64,000 nt of DNA, taken from the NCBI GenBank assembly GCA_003971905.1, contig RSEE01000110.1, forward strand, positions 124,001-188,000, given 5' to 3'. The position numbers were made by a program, and so were the translations under genes. The stretch's first letter is position 1. Each line of letters begins with the position of its first letter. The notes below the pieces were generated by a model, which worked only from the letters and a program-made list of their open reading frames with translations, was not told where the DNA came from and did not search any database. Shown here one piece after another: positions 22,879-35,612 of this stretch. This DNA comes from Moniliella sp. 'wahieum' (Eukaryota).

Positions 22879-23325
22879 CAAGTCGGGTTCGATTGGTTGG
22901 CACCTCAAGGGAGGGTGAAGAGCGAGCAATGGGGGTGGTGGCGCGCTGGAAGAAGACGAGAAGGAGGAAAGATAAGCAGATGCTGTGCTGATCCTCCCTC
23001 AGTGTGTCCAACGCCGTTTGCAACAGCAGCCGGCGTTCGCTGCAACCGAACCACGCCAGAATTCCCTCCGCTTTTTTCTTGCTTTTCTTTTCCGTTTTCT
23101 GTGACATGTGATGCATGATGCATGATGGCGGTCAAATACATGAATTGAAACGTTCAGCTGCTGTATCGGTCGGTGGTTGCAGATCCTGTGGACCTACTGC
23201 TTGCCTTGTTGCACTCGACCCCCCAGGACCGCGTCGCCAATTATATGCTAGCCACTCGTGTCTCGTCATCGCATTCGTCAGGTAGCAGCGCATCGACACA
23301 GCACTGGCCCTGCCCGCCCTCACGC

Positions 23326-26292
23326 TCACCAGCGCCGTGGGCCTGGCCCAGTGAGATACATCTGGTCCAACAGCCCCCGCACCCCCGCCTGGGCGGCCGC
23401 CATCTGCGGCGTCGGCTCTGGCATCGACGACGCTGCCAACGCAGCGGGGTCTTCAAAGCCATCCTCCATCATTGCTGGGGCTGTTGGGGCCGGTCCAGGT
23501 CCCCCTCCCCCTCCCCCTGTTTCCACCCCTACCTCGCCACTTGGGCGTCCCGAGCGGGCAAGCTGCCCTGGCTCTCTTCCACCGCCTGGAGGGGGCCGAC
23601 CGCACAGCCAAAGGCGACGTACTGGCCGCCAAACCTGTGCCCATCCTCCCGGCCAAACCCAGCTGGATCGAGTGGGCAATCTCGTCGTCGGCGCCATAGG
23701 CATAGGGATTGTACCCATTACCTGGGTAGCCCGGGTCGGGCCCATGTCCGAACCGGTGCCGGTACCTGCGGCGCCCAGCATCACCGAGTTCATCGGGGTA
23801 AAGTGAAGGCGCCGCCGCGGCACAAGGGGAGACGATGTGGTACGCACTCCACTTGCCTCTCCCTCGGGCTTGCCTGCCATGCGAGAGGTACAGGTTCAGC
23901 GAGCGCGGTGGGGTTGCCAGTCCGGGTGGGCGGCCTTAAAGTTGAGCACCGATTGCTCCATTTTCCCCTCCTTGGACGCCATCCGCTGGTCCGCCGCTGA
24001 TTCGGGCGCCCCATACGCATTAGACCCGTTGCGCTCCAGGTTAAAGTCGGCAAAGGCACAGACGTAGCCCAAGCCTTCGACATATACGGTGTAGGTCCGG
24101 AAAAAATCGATGATCGCCTCTGCACTCTGAGGCAGAGAGCGCCAGAGGATAAATGGAGTCAGGAGCACCGACCACAGCTCGGTGACAAACAGACTGACCT
24201 TCAACTGGCACAATCGACCAAACTCTTGGTGCACTTCAGCGCTGTGAAAATGCCCAACCCAATGCGGAGGGAGGTAATGAATGTAGTCCACCACCTCAGC
24301 CAGAGTCTGTTCCGGATCAAAAACCAGATGTTCCTCGGGGATCATGCCACGCGCCACGGCGGTAATGGTGGCAAACACGCTCACGTAGAATAGAACGCTG
24401 CGCTGCCCGCCGAGATAAAAGTGAAGGAACAAGTCCGAGTCATACAGAGACGCCAGTAGTAACACCGCCGTGAACGCACACCAGCGACAAAAGCGACGAA
24501 GCGGGCAACAATGGCGACCGATTCCTTAGGAAACTGGTTGATGTATCTTCGGGCAGCAGGGTAAGACCGATGAATTCGTCGCTTGAAGAGGTGTGGCAGC
24601 TCGTTAAATTCACGAAACTTCCAGCGGGCCCATTCAGTGTACTGCCGCGAACCAAGATTGGAAGGATCCTTGTGATACTCTTCAAAGTAGCGGAGAAATG
24701 AGTAGACTAGCACATACAGTACAATGAAGGGAGAACACAGCGTGTTGACCAACGCCATGAAATAGAAGCGATGGCGTAGACCCCGGATCAACGGCTCGCG
24801 GTACCGCTCGAAAGAAACTGTTTACGGAGCACAGAGTGCTCATCAAACAAAAAGTCCAAGAGACAGTACTTGAGGTTCCACAGTAGGCTGCGCGTCAAGA
24901 TGGGCTCAGGCGTTATGCCAACAAAACGGACCCAATACGCCATTCGCGGCGACAAGGGAGGACGAAGGTCCGGAACGTCCTTGTTGAAGAGGGCAATGAG
25001 GAAATTTTCTTGACGCATGATCCGATTCGCCACATTGTGTGCATCCATCGTGTTCGCCGCAGGGGGGGGTCCCCCGGGCGGTTGCTGCTACCGGCAGCAG
25101 CTGGGCTCGTTTGGTCAAGGTTCGTGTTGCGAGGCTCGAGCGAGACGATGGGATTGGTGGTCCGCAGGTTGGAGAGGCGATTCACGACTTCATTCCATGA
25201 GATGGAGGCCACGTCCGCCTAAAGAAAGAGTTTCAGCATAAACACTCAGCATGTAGCAATGATGGAGTAACTGGACATACATCAGGAATGTCGAGAACAT
25301 ACGTGTAAAAGCGCCTCATAGCCCAGAGCTGGGGGATCTGAAATGCGGTGGCTACAACCTGCCAAATAAAGATCAGGAACAGGAAAAGTATAGCAGCTTG
25401 GAGGAAAAGGAAAAATGGGAAAAACATTGGGGGACAATGATGTCGTCCAGCTGGCCATTGTGACGGATCTTACTGAAGTCGAGGCATCCGCCAATAAAGG
25501 TGGAGAAGCTGACCACAAATGCAAATGTTGCCAAACCGAGAACTTTGGATAGAATGAGGGCGATGAAACCCTTTCCATAGTAGTAACTGTATGCCTCGCG
25601 CAGAAACGCGTCCAAGTCAACAATATTGACCCACTGCCATAGAGCACGATCACGGGGGGAGAGTGCTGCTACTGATCCACGAGTAGCGGATGATCGGGAA
25701 GCATAGTGGGACCGGTACACCGCCGACGTCACGTCGTCAGGTGGTGGTGGGGGAGAGAAGGCAGAGGAGCGGCGGCGGAAGGTATGAGTGCGGGTATGGG
25801 GGGATTGTGTTTCAACATCAGCATCAAACAGGGGATCTCTTCATCTTGTTGGTGAGACAAAGTTGCAGAATGGCTCAGTCCGAACGCCGACCGCTCCTTC
25901 TCAGCGCGTGCGGCTATCCTGCGGCCAACGCTGGCGATGGAGGCGGCCATGCTCTGAGCGGCCGCAGCAAATGAGGTCTGTCCATATCCATCAGCGTACA
26001 CATCGTCATCGTAATCTTCGACATCAGCGTGGTCATCGTGGTCTTGGTTGTCGTAGTATTCAGACCCACGGGCGACGGGTGCAGGCGAGGGTGCCCCCGA
26101 AGATGACGACGATGCAGCATCCGCTGCGCCGGGGCTGGGAGCACTGGCGGGATGCTCCTCCTCGAAGGGCGACGCAATGCTGGTGTCGGGCAGGAGAGTG
26201 TGAGAGTGGGGATGGGGATATGGATGGGTATGGGGATGGGTGGTGTGGGGGACAGGACCTGGATTTTGGTCTGGAAGAAACGGGTCAGCCAT
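23326..26292 (-). CDS. ATG9: Autophagy lipid scramblase Atg9
   Basis: ALWQWVNIVDLDAFLREAYSYY, DAHNVANRIMRQENFLIALFNK, WKFREFNELPH, GLGYVCAFA, KMEQSVLNF. Confidence 0.95.
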
Positions 26293-26399
26293 GGCGGCGG
26301 CGGGAGACAAGGTGGTGGTGGCACAGCCGCTGGTAATCGTAATGTCCCAAGCGGTGCACACAGTAAATGGGACAGGAGCCAGCTGATGTCAGCGTACCC

Positions 26400-27275
26400 C
26401 CGCATCGCTTATCAACATCAACAGAATATCACTTGCCAAGGCCGCAGGATTACGATTACCTCGATTACCCTTCACAAAAGAGGTCGTCGTGCGGGGTTAA
26501 ATGTGTAAAAGCTAGTACTTGTGGTTTTGCTTAGGATCAGCAATCCAAGTGCTTCTGTGGCCGCTTCACAACCACACTGGTGTTGACCCGACCCGGGTAC
26601 AGAGTGACCGGCAATAAACACACAAATGCTATTATGTGGCACGCAAACATCTCATGTTGCCTTTTCGACTGTGCCCACCAACTAGGATTTGCCACACGGG
26701 CGACCTGGATGCCGACGCGTGGACCATCACATGCACTTTGCTCATCAGCACGGCGACATCCCTTTACTTGTGTGCCTTTTCCGACAATGCAGGCTTGTGC
26801 CGCGAGCGAGTTGGCGCACTGCATATCCTTGCGCCTAGTTGCACAGCGCAGGTTGCTTCCCAACTCAGTACCCTGATTCGCACGGAAGTCAGTAGACCCC
26901 TCCCGCATATGGAGCACAGGTGGTGCGGTGCCTGCTCACGGATGCAACGTTCATCCGCCAGTGGGAAGCGGACATCAAGACGGTGGCACTGGGTATCCAG
27001 GAGATGCGCCGGGAGTTGTATACGGCTTTGCACTGCAGCGCTGTTGTAGTCATACCCCCTCCGACCGGCGTGAGTGATTTGTCCCCATACTGGTGCAGAT
27101 TGGCATGTTGTGTTTTACGGAGGCGAACCCGCCGCAGGGTCAGGTTTTGGTCGGCAAGCATCACATCTTAACTGCCAATGGCCGCATCTCCATCGCCGGC
27201 CTCACTCACCCGGTCCAATGTGGAATAGGTGTGGCACCGGCTATATTGATGAAATCGTGTGCGCCGCCGAACTAG
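26400..27275 (+). pseudogene. Degenerate, 5'-truncated aspartate aminotransferase relic
   Basis: Collinear AAT motifs: HNHTGVDPT, FDCAHQ.GFA.GDLDADAW, FSDNAGLCRERVGAL, VASQLSTLIRTEVS, YGAQVV...QWEADIK, QIGMLCFT, GRISIAGL. The PLP Lys position is Asp; many indels. Confidence 0.85.
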
Positions 27276-27508
27276 ATGCTTTAGACGTCTTTGCTTTTTG
27301 TTGCTCTCTCGTCCTCCATTTCATGTTTAAACCTCGACATTTGTATCGCCCTGCCTTCTTGTCCCCTCTATCCTCCTACCCGACCAATCTGCTCCCGTCC
27401 GATCCAACGTTTCTGACTGATTCCAATCTCATGGGTTTCCAGGTCACGCCAATCCCATAGCCCCATATCCCCACCTCGTCAAGGGCGTCGTCCCTGTGGC
27501 CAAGTGGG

Positions 27509-28335
27509 CTACGTGAGCCGGATCAGGATAAAGATAAGATCCAGGAAACGACGACGGTGGCAAGGGAGTAGATGGTGAGCCAGGTCATGGAGCGAGCGCG
27601 GTGGCTCACCTCGCCCAAGCGACCTCTCGTCCGCGTCATAAAGTCCAGGTTGCTCGTCAACTTGGTCTCGGCCGCCTCGACGAGGTGACGATCCCGCTCC
27701 AGTGCCTGAGCCAAAGCTACGCTGTTACCTTTAAGTGTCCCATCCGCACCAACTCACCCATCAGCCCCTTGCATTGCACGCGACGAAGCGTGTTCCGCAT
27801 TGTCCTGGTCCTCTTCCTCTTTCGTATCCGTCTCGTCTTCCCCGGCCACAGGTGGGGAAGGGGCCAAAGGAGACGCACCGCCATATTCAGCTTCTAGCTC
27901 GTCCGCATCCAACGCTGGTTGGCGGCGGCGAAGACCACCTGAAAGCCGGAGCGCTGTAGAAGACTGGGATGGAGGCGGTGGAGCGGGAGAAAGAGGGGCG
28001 GAGAGAGAGGGGGCAGAGCCGATGTCGAAGGGACAGATGCTGATGTGGGCGCAGATGGGGACGAGGCGCTGGCAGGAACGGACTTTGAAGTGGTAGGAGA
28101 TGAGGTGCCAGCGTCGGAGAGAAGCGGGAGAAGTGAGATCGACACTACCACTACCCCCAGCTCGGCCAGAAGATCTGCAAAGACGGGCTGGAAATGAGGC
28201 GGTCTGGTCCGGCAGGCAGCGGAATGGGGGTCGGTCAGTAGTCTAGGCTGGTGTCGGTAGGGAGCAATGTAAACATATCCCCGTCACAGATGGGCCAACG
28301 TACTGGGACGTGAGCAGCATTGGTGCGGCGGCCAT
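27509..28335 (-). CDS. USE1: ER SNARE Use1
   Basis: C-terminal SNARE coil (AQALERDRHLVEAAETKLTSNLDFM...RGRL) followed by a terminal TM helix. Confidence 0.7.
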
Positions 28336-28703
28336 GGCGAGGGGTTAGAAGGAGGAGATGGCAGCGTGGCGGAAACGGGATGAGCGCCACGTTCCAACTT
28401 CACCTCGAGGGCCCCCCACTTAATTAATGAGCTGCAGTGATCTGTTCAATGTTTCGACTTTGGCCGGTGGGCAGCGCCTATTCGAGGTACAATTCTGTCG
28501 CATAACATGGTCCGTGGGGGACCTACTACCACTGCGGTTACTGAACCGCCTGAGGAAAGTGGGAACAAGAGCTACCAGCCCGCGTAACCTCATCCGCTAA
28601 ATGCACTCTCCGTCCATCGTCATCCCCATCGCCATCCTCCTCCTCATCATCATCATCTTTTTCTTGGGGACAAACGGTAGTGCAGTCGCTTATAGGCCCC
28701 GAG

Positions 28704-30071
28704 TTACGCATCCTCCCGTACCCAATCTCCACTGCGTCCCCCGCTTTTGGCCACAACCTTGAGGTCGTCAATCACCATCTCGGTACCAGCCAGGGCCTTT
28801 GTCATGTCCCAAACGGTGAGGCAGGCGGTCGAAACCCCAGCCAAGGCCTCCATCTCGACACCCGTCGGGCCAGTAGTATGCGCGGTACAGCGGACCACGA
28901 CATAACACCCCTCCTCCTCTGGCTCGTCCCAGGCCAGATCCACCTCCACTTGGCTCAAGGCCAACGGGTGGCACAGCGGTACTAGCTCCGCCGTTTTTCT
29001 TGGCACCCATGATCCCAGCCAACTGAGCAGTGAGGAAGATGGGGCCTTTGGTAAGAGGTCCACGACCCTGTTCTGCCGCCTGTACCGCTTCCACCGTCCC
29101 GCTTGGTAACCAGATCCGGCCTTGGGCTGTGGCGCTGCGCCGGGTAGCAGCTTTTGCGATACATCCACCATGTGCACTCCGCCCTCTTTGGGGCCAGGGG
29201 GGCAACATGGGTTAGGCGTGGAGCTGCATGTACCGGGCGTGGCACAGGCGGGGGTGAAGTGCACATTGGTCCCCTCTTGGCCGACGGGGCCGATGCCTCC
29301 CCTTGAGTCGAGTCCCGTGCAACCATCTGCTCCACGAGGGCTTTCATGGCCAATGTTTCAGCGCTGTCCCCAGGCTGAGGGGCCGTAGCTGAGCTGCGTT
29401 CACAGACGAGGTGGGCGCGGGCGCCGGCACAGGCCAGACGGAGGCGCAGGTGTTTCCCTAGGCGGTGGGGCCAACGGCCCACCCAGGTTCGAGTCCCGTG
29501 CGACCATCTGGGCCACAAGCGCTTTCATGGCCAGCGTCTCTGCGCTGTCCCCCGGTTGCGGAGCCGTGGCAGAGCCCATAGCCGGACCTTGTCCGTCCCA
29601 CCCTTGCGAGCGAACGGGGAAGAATTCGGACCGGAAGGCAAGGGCACAACGACGGTGGAACTATCGGCAAAGGCATCGAGGTTGGCCAGGGGTTGTCGTC
29701 GTCCTGGCTGGTACCCATATACTCGGACCAGGTCTGTTGCCCTGGGTTGGGGTTGGACTCCATGCTGGGGGCGGTGGGTCGAGGCGGTAATGCGGACGGA
29801 GGCAAGGACGAGGGCGATGAGCTAAGGTACTTCCTTGGGTCCACGTCTTCCCATCCGTCAAAGTGTAGCATATCGTTCCATGCGCTGGCGATGTCGTCGT
29901 TATCGGTACTGTGGTTGGGGGACGAGCGAGCAGTAAGAGTGGAGGTGTGGAGAGTGCGAGCAGAGCTGCGCAGTGCTGCTCCGTATGGACGGGCACGCCA
30001 GCGCGCGTGGAGCCGGGGGCGGGCAGCGCTCCCAAGCGGGCGGGACGAGGGCAGGGGAGACGATGTGGGGG
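28704..30071 (-). CDS. moaC: MoaC / MOCS1B cyclic pyranopterin monophosphate synthase with a long N-terminal linker
   Basis: LTHV...VHMVDVSQK, KGPI...AQLAGIMGAK, LVPLCHPLAL, TGVEMEAL, VWDMTKA, KSGGRSGDW. Confidence 0.9.
29308..29575 (-). repeat. 87-bp duplicated coding segment (29308-29394 and 29489-29575) in the MoaC linker
   Basis: Both copies encode SATAPQPGDSAETLAMKALV(A/E)QMVARDS. Confidence 0.92.
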
Positions 30072-30262
30072 CTGCAAACAAAAGGGAAAGTGATGGGATC
30101 AGCAGCTACTCGACAAGACAACCATTCAAATGTCCCTCCGCTGGGTCCCAAAAGCAGGGGCATCCCTCCCCCCCCCAAGAGAAAGGGGAAGGAAATATGA
30201 GGAACAGGGGATAAATAAGGGGTGGAGCAACGCTGCAGGTACATGTGGGCAGGAAAGCGAGG

Positions 30263-31779
30263 CTACCCGCCGATGTGGATCATGGGTCGGTTCTTGTGCC
30301 GTGCAATGTCGCCGGGCGATCGCATCCCGGCATGCTTGGCATGTTTCCGCCCCACCGCCGCTGCAATCACCTCCAACAGCTCATCATCCGTTGCCCCGCC
30401 CTGCCCAGCAGTCGTTGCGTCCCCTGCCCTGAGCCCCATGCCCCGCATCTGGTCGCGGAGGGAGACCTCCGTGTTCCCAAACAAGCACACCTTCAGTTTG
30501 CCATCGGCTGTGATGCGCAATCGATTGCACGTACCGCAAAAATGGTCGGTCATACTGGCACCAGTATGTCAGTACGGGCAAACGCAACGAATTTCCTATC
30601 AAGGATAGGACGTACCTTGTGATGAAACCAATGCTACCTTGGTACCAGGGACACGCCAGTGCTTGCTCGTGTCATTCTCATCGTCTCGTCTGGAGGCGTT
30701 CCAGCGGCCCATAGATGGTTTTGAGTGAGCTGAGCGAGCAATGTCTGATAAGGGACCAACTTGGACGTTTGCCATTGGTTGCCGTCAAAGGGCATGTACT
30801 ATGAGCCAGCCAAGTGGTTAGGGCCACCAAACCAGAACCAGAAATAGGCGAGGCCACAAAAGAGGAAGGTGAACGTACCTCAATAAACCGCACCACAACG
30901 TTATGCTCACGTGTGTAATTAACAAACGCGCGCAATTCCTCGGGCGAATCGTTGAGGCCCTTGAGGACGACGACATTGATCTTCACGCTCTGCAAGGGAA
31001 GTGACTGGGCCAGTTCAAGCGCGGCTAATACCTTGTTCAGCGCACCAGCCGGGCGCCGCGTCATAATCTCAAATTTGAACGGGTCCATCGTGTCGAGAGA
31101 AAGGTTGAGGTGGGTAAGTCCAGCGTCAACGAGCGCAGGCAGGCGGCGGGTGTGCCACCCCATTCGACGTCATTCCAATCGATTCCAGGCCATCGGCACG
31201 TAGACCACCAAGCGCAGCTGAATGTGGAGCAAGTTAGACGGGCAGAAGAGAGGACAGGACGGAGAGAAGGGAGTAAGAGTTTGGGGGGAAAGGGGAGGTA
31301 TGGGCACGCACTGAGAATCTCGGGCAAGTCGCGGCGAATAGTAGGCTCTCCCCCCGTAAGGCGGATTTTGGTAACCCCGCTGTGCACAAAAGGCGGGCAA
31401 GACGACTGAGCTCGTCCGCGGTGAGCAACTGAGAAGATGGAGTGAGCAGGACGCCGTCGGCGGGCATGCAGTACATGCAGCGCAAGTTGCATCGCTCGGT
31501 CAGGGATAGCCGGAGGTAGGTGTGAGCACGGGCGTGCCGGTCGATGAGCGCTGGCGCAACCGCACGGCGGTCGATAACAGCAATGCGACTGCGAGCGGCG
31601 CTAGCGAGGGCTTCGGCGCCAGCAGGAGGGGGAGCGGAGATGGGGGCAGCAGCGAGGGAACCGAGGCCGCGCCGCCTCGGCAAGGACGAGGACAAGGGAG
31701 AAGCCGGAACAGCAGCTTTAGCCCTTGCTATGGCCATCGCCACTGAGCGACGCGTGGCTTGCATCGACGGCAGCACCAT
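30263..31779 (-). CDS. moaA: MoaA / MOCS1A GTP 3',8-cyclase (radical SAM), 3 introns
   Basis: [52 protein letters not shown]-terminal NRPMIHIGG*; presequence-like N-terminus. Confidence 0.95.
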
Positions 31780-32430
31780 GATGGTGGTGAGCGGGGCCGC
31801 GTGCGTTGAGATGGAAGTAGGTAAGAAGGTTTGCTGTGGCGGAGTTTTTTGTTTTCGGCGGGTTGAGATCCGAGATACCAAAATCGATATCACAACCGCA
31901 CAATCGATACTATTTGCGTAACAGCGTAGCTTCACCGCCAGAACCCGCCCCGGTGAATCACCTTCATCACCGGCTACCAACTGCGGTGATGAATATCCAA
32001 TGGTGTAAACCTCTCCCCATTCCAGGCCAAGTTCCAGCTGATGGATGCTACCCACTTACGGCCACCGCAGAAGGAAGATGATATGTGTGTCCGCATCGAG
32101 ACTCACAGCAGCAGAGTCCTTGCGCCCTCATGCGGAGTTCTATGTGTTTGATGGGGGGTGTAGAACTGTAGTGAGAAGCAAAAGGCAACGAAAAGGGAGA
32201 AGAGGGAATGCATATACTGATGCGCAGTAAATGGGGGAAAGAGGGGACAAAACGGAGACTACCCGGAGAAAGCCCGTGGAAAGGCAGATTACCAAGCAGA
32301 ATCCGTAATGCCCGGGTAAAGTGTGCTTAAGGTGGGGTCATACAATGGCTACCAAAAAGAATAGAGGTGGGTGGAGGTGCCAAAAGGGGGGGAGAGCATA
32401 GAAGTGCGATGGGTGCGAAAAGGGGATGGA

Positions 32431-35400
32431 TCAATCCTCCTCGTCGACCTCGATCCGAGTGGCGAAGGAGTAAATGTCAGGGTCACCGTCCTCGGTCTTC
32501 TCATGGACGACGTGAGGCGCTGCAAGTTGGTAAAGAAGTCTTCCAGGACCTCGTTCTTGGTCGAACGCACCCGGCGGCCCATACGGTTGATCCAGCCAAT
32601 CTTGTTCAGCACATAGTACACCACCGTGACAATGATCGTCACACCAATCGAATACGCCCAGACGCGCACAACAGTCACCACGTCGGTCCAGTTGTGCTTG
32701 TTGTGACGCAAGCGCGGGAGTGAATGTACTCGGCAATTGGCCCGCCCAGCCAACCAAAAAGACAGAAGAGCGTGGCCATCGCATCAACACCCAGAATGGC
32801 CCCGACCAACTCCCAGGATGGAATGGTGTTTTCATCCGCCGAGCCGGAACCAAGACGGGTGACAAAGATGAGCCAGTTCTCAGTAAGCGAGACTTCGAGG
32901 AAGAGGATGAGCTGCAGGTTACCAAAGTTTTGCACGATCCCGCCGTCCGGAAGGAAAAGGGTGCCCCGGACAATCCACGTGCCGGCCGCAAGCAGGATGC
33001 CCAGGATGGTTGAGATGGTCCAGATCTTGGGCAGTTGCCACTCGACTGGCTCTTTCGCAGCGGGAGCATTGTCGTAGGCAATGGCGATCGTGGCCAAGTC
33101 GGCAAAGAGGGCGATAAAGACAATCAGGTCCGCACGGATCACCTCGTCCCGGATGCAGATCGAGAGCAAGAGGTAGATTTCAAGGTGGAGACAAAGCGAG
33201 ATACGGTACTGGATGTACGCCTTCATACGGTGGAAGATCTGACGAGCAACCTTGATCGAGGTGATGATGGTCGACAGACCCTCGAGGAACACCACGTCGG
33301 CTGCCGAGCGGGCAGCGTCCGATGCACCCTCGACGGCAATCCCACAATCTGCCTTCTTCAGCGACGGGGCGTCGTTCACACCGTCACCCGTCATGGCGAC
33401 CAAGTGACCACGGTGCTGGAGCATTTCAACGACCTGGTACTTGTGTTCGGGGAACACCTCGGCGAACCCGTCAGCAGCCTCAATAAAGTCGTGGATGGCC
33501 GAACCAGCCAGTCCGCCAGATCCAATCAGGCGCTGCGAGTCGTACACCTTGGTACCAAGCGAAAGCATCTTGCACGTTTCCTTGGCAATGGCCACCGCAT
33601 CACCCGTAAGCATCTTGACAGCAATCCCCAGGTTCTGGGCCTCAGCAATCGTCGCAGCCGTGTCACCACGAGGAGGGTCAAACATGGGCATGAGACCGAG
33701 GAGGTGCCACTCGCCATCGTTGATGGCAACACCGAGGGAACGGAAGCCACGAGAGGCAAAGTCGCCCGAGACCTTGCGGTACTGGGCAGCCTGCTCAGGG
33801 TCGGGTTGGCAGAGCTTGAGAATCGCGTTGGGGGCACCCTTGGCGGCGATAAACTGCTTCCCATCCTTTTCCACCTCAGCCGTGATGCGCTTGGAAACAG
33901 GGTCAAAGGGAGTGAACCGGTGGGTGATCCATCCGGACGCGAGCTCTTCCTGGGCACCGGGATAGTCCTTAAGGGTGGAGATGGTGACCTTGTCAATGGG
34001 ATCGAGCGACTTGATGTTGTGGGCGAGGCGAGGGCAGCCACGGCCATCATGAAGCTCACGTCCACACCCTCCGAAGTGAAAGGCTCGTGGATAGAGAGTT
34101 TGTTAGCAGTCAGGGTACCCGTCTTGTCCGAGCAAAGTACGTCGACACCGGCCAACGACTCAATGGCGGTGAGCTTTTGAACGATAGCCTGGCGCTTGGC
34201 GAGGTAGGCAGCACCGACAGCCATAGTGGTGGTGGTGACGCAGGGCAGACCTACAGGAACACCAATGACAAGGAAGATCAGGGTGTAAGTGAGCAAGTTG
34301 TTCTCCTTGGGCTGAGCGATGCCAGTATGGCGGAAGAAACCCGAGATCCAGAAACCAACAACAAACGCCATAACCAGCACGAGCAACGCAGTGCCGATCG
34401 AGTCCATAACCTTTTGGAAGTGACCCTTGGACGCACCGCCAAGCACAAGGCAGCGGTGCGGCCCACAAACGTCTGTTTGGCAATGTCGGTCACCAGGACA
34501 TAGCCCTTTCCACGCTTGCAGCCAGTGGTGTAGAAGACCGTGTCACCAATGTGCTTGTCGACGGCCAGCGACTCACCCGTGATGGCCGACTGGTCGCAGG
34601 CAATGATGGCCGGGCCCTTGTCCACGCCCTCGTCATCATCCTCGTCATGAGCAGTAGCACGTGCCTTCTCAAGAATCGCAGCGGCCGCCGAACCATCTTT
34701 GTCGTCATAGTCGGCCAACAGACGACCGTCGCAGGGAACCGTCTGACCGTCCTGCACCACAACAATGTCACCGGGCACAACCTCCCGAGCCTCAATCTCA
34801 ACCTCTTGACCGTTGCGAATCGCAATGGCGCGGAGAGCAATGCCAGCCTTGAGCTGAGCAACAATGTCACCAGCCTGTTTCTCCTGGTACCAACCGACAA
34901 AAGCGTTGAGAGCCAAGATACCGCAGATGACACCCAAGTCGATCCAGTCACGAAGACCACCAGCCAGTGCAACCGCCAGCTCCATCACGTACAGAATGGG
35001 GCCCTTGAAGAACCCAAGGAACTTGAGAAAGAGGTTCTCGGACGGAGCCTCCAGCTCATTGTAACCAAACTGGGCACGCCGAGTGTGGACATCCGACTCG
35101 GACAGACCCTGCTGCATCGACGTCTCAAGCCTGCCATATACGCAAAATGTAGTTGTCAACACCGGGCCGAAATGACGGGTGGGATGTAAAGGCAAAATTA
35201 AAGGGGGCCGGAACACGTACCAGCTGGCGGGAACCTTGGCAGCTACAGTCTCCTCCTCCCCGTCTTTGTTGACGCGAATCTCACGAACCTTCCAAGGGCG
35301 GAGGAACTCGCGTTTGCGGACGATGGTAACACCGTCGATTTCACCATCGTCGGCAGAAACAGACTTTTGGGCGCGAATAAAGTCGATGAGGGCGGCATAT

Positions 35401-35456
35401 TCGTCGTTGACGTGGGCGCCGTAAGCGCCCTTGCCGTAGCCTGTGTCGTCGGACAT
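32431..35456 (-). CDS. PMA1: Plasma membrane H+-ATPase (P3A)
   Basis: [42 protein letters not shown]; intron 35131-35220. Confidence 0.97.
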
Positions 35457-35601
35457 TGCGAAAGGGGGGAGGCCCGGCGTTCGGGTGGCTGGCTTGGGGA
35501 GGGAGACCGAGAGGGAGGGGGGAGGGAGGGGAAGAAGGGGGGAAACGGCAGAGAGCAGGAGGGAGGGGTGCGGCCGAGGCGAGGGTGTGGGCGCAAAAGG
35601 G

Positions 35602-35612
35602 TTATATTTATA
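35602..35612 (-). promoter_or_regulatory. TATA box of PMA1
   Basis: TATAAATATAA on the minus strand, about 150 bp upstream of the ATG, followed by a pyrimidine-rich leader in a GC-rich context. Confidence 0.6.
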
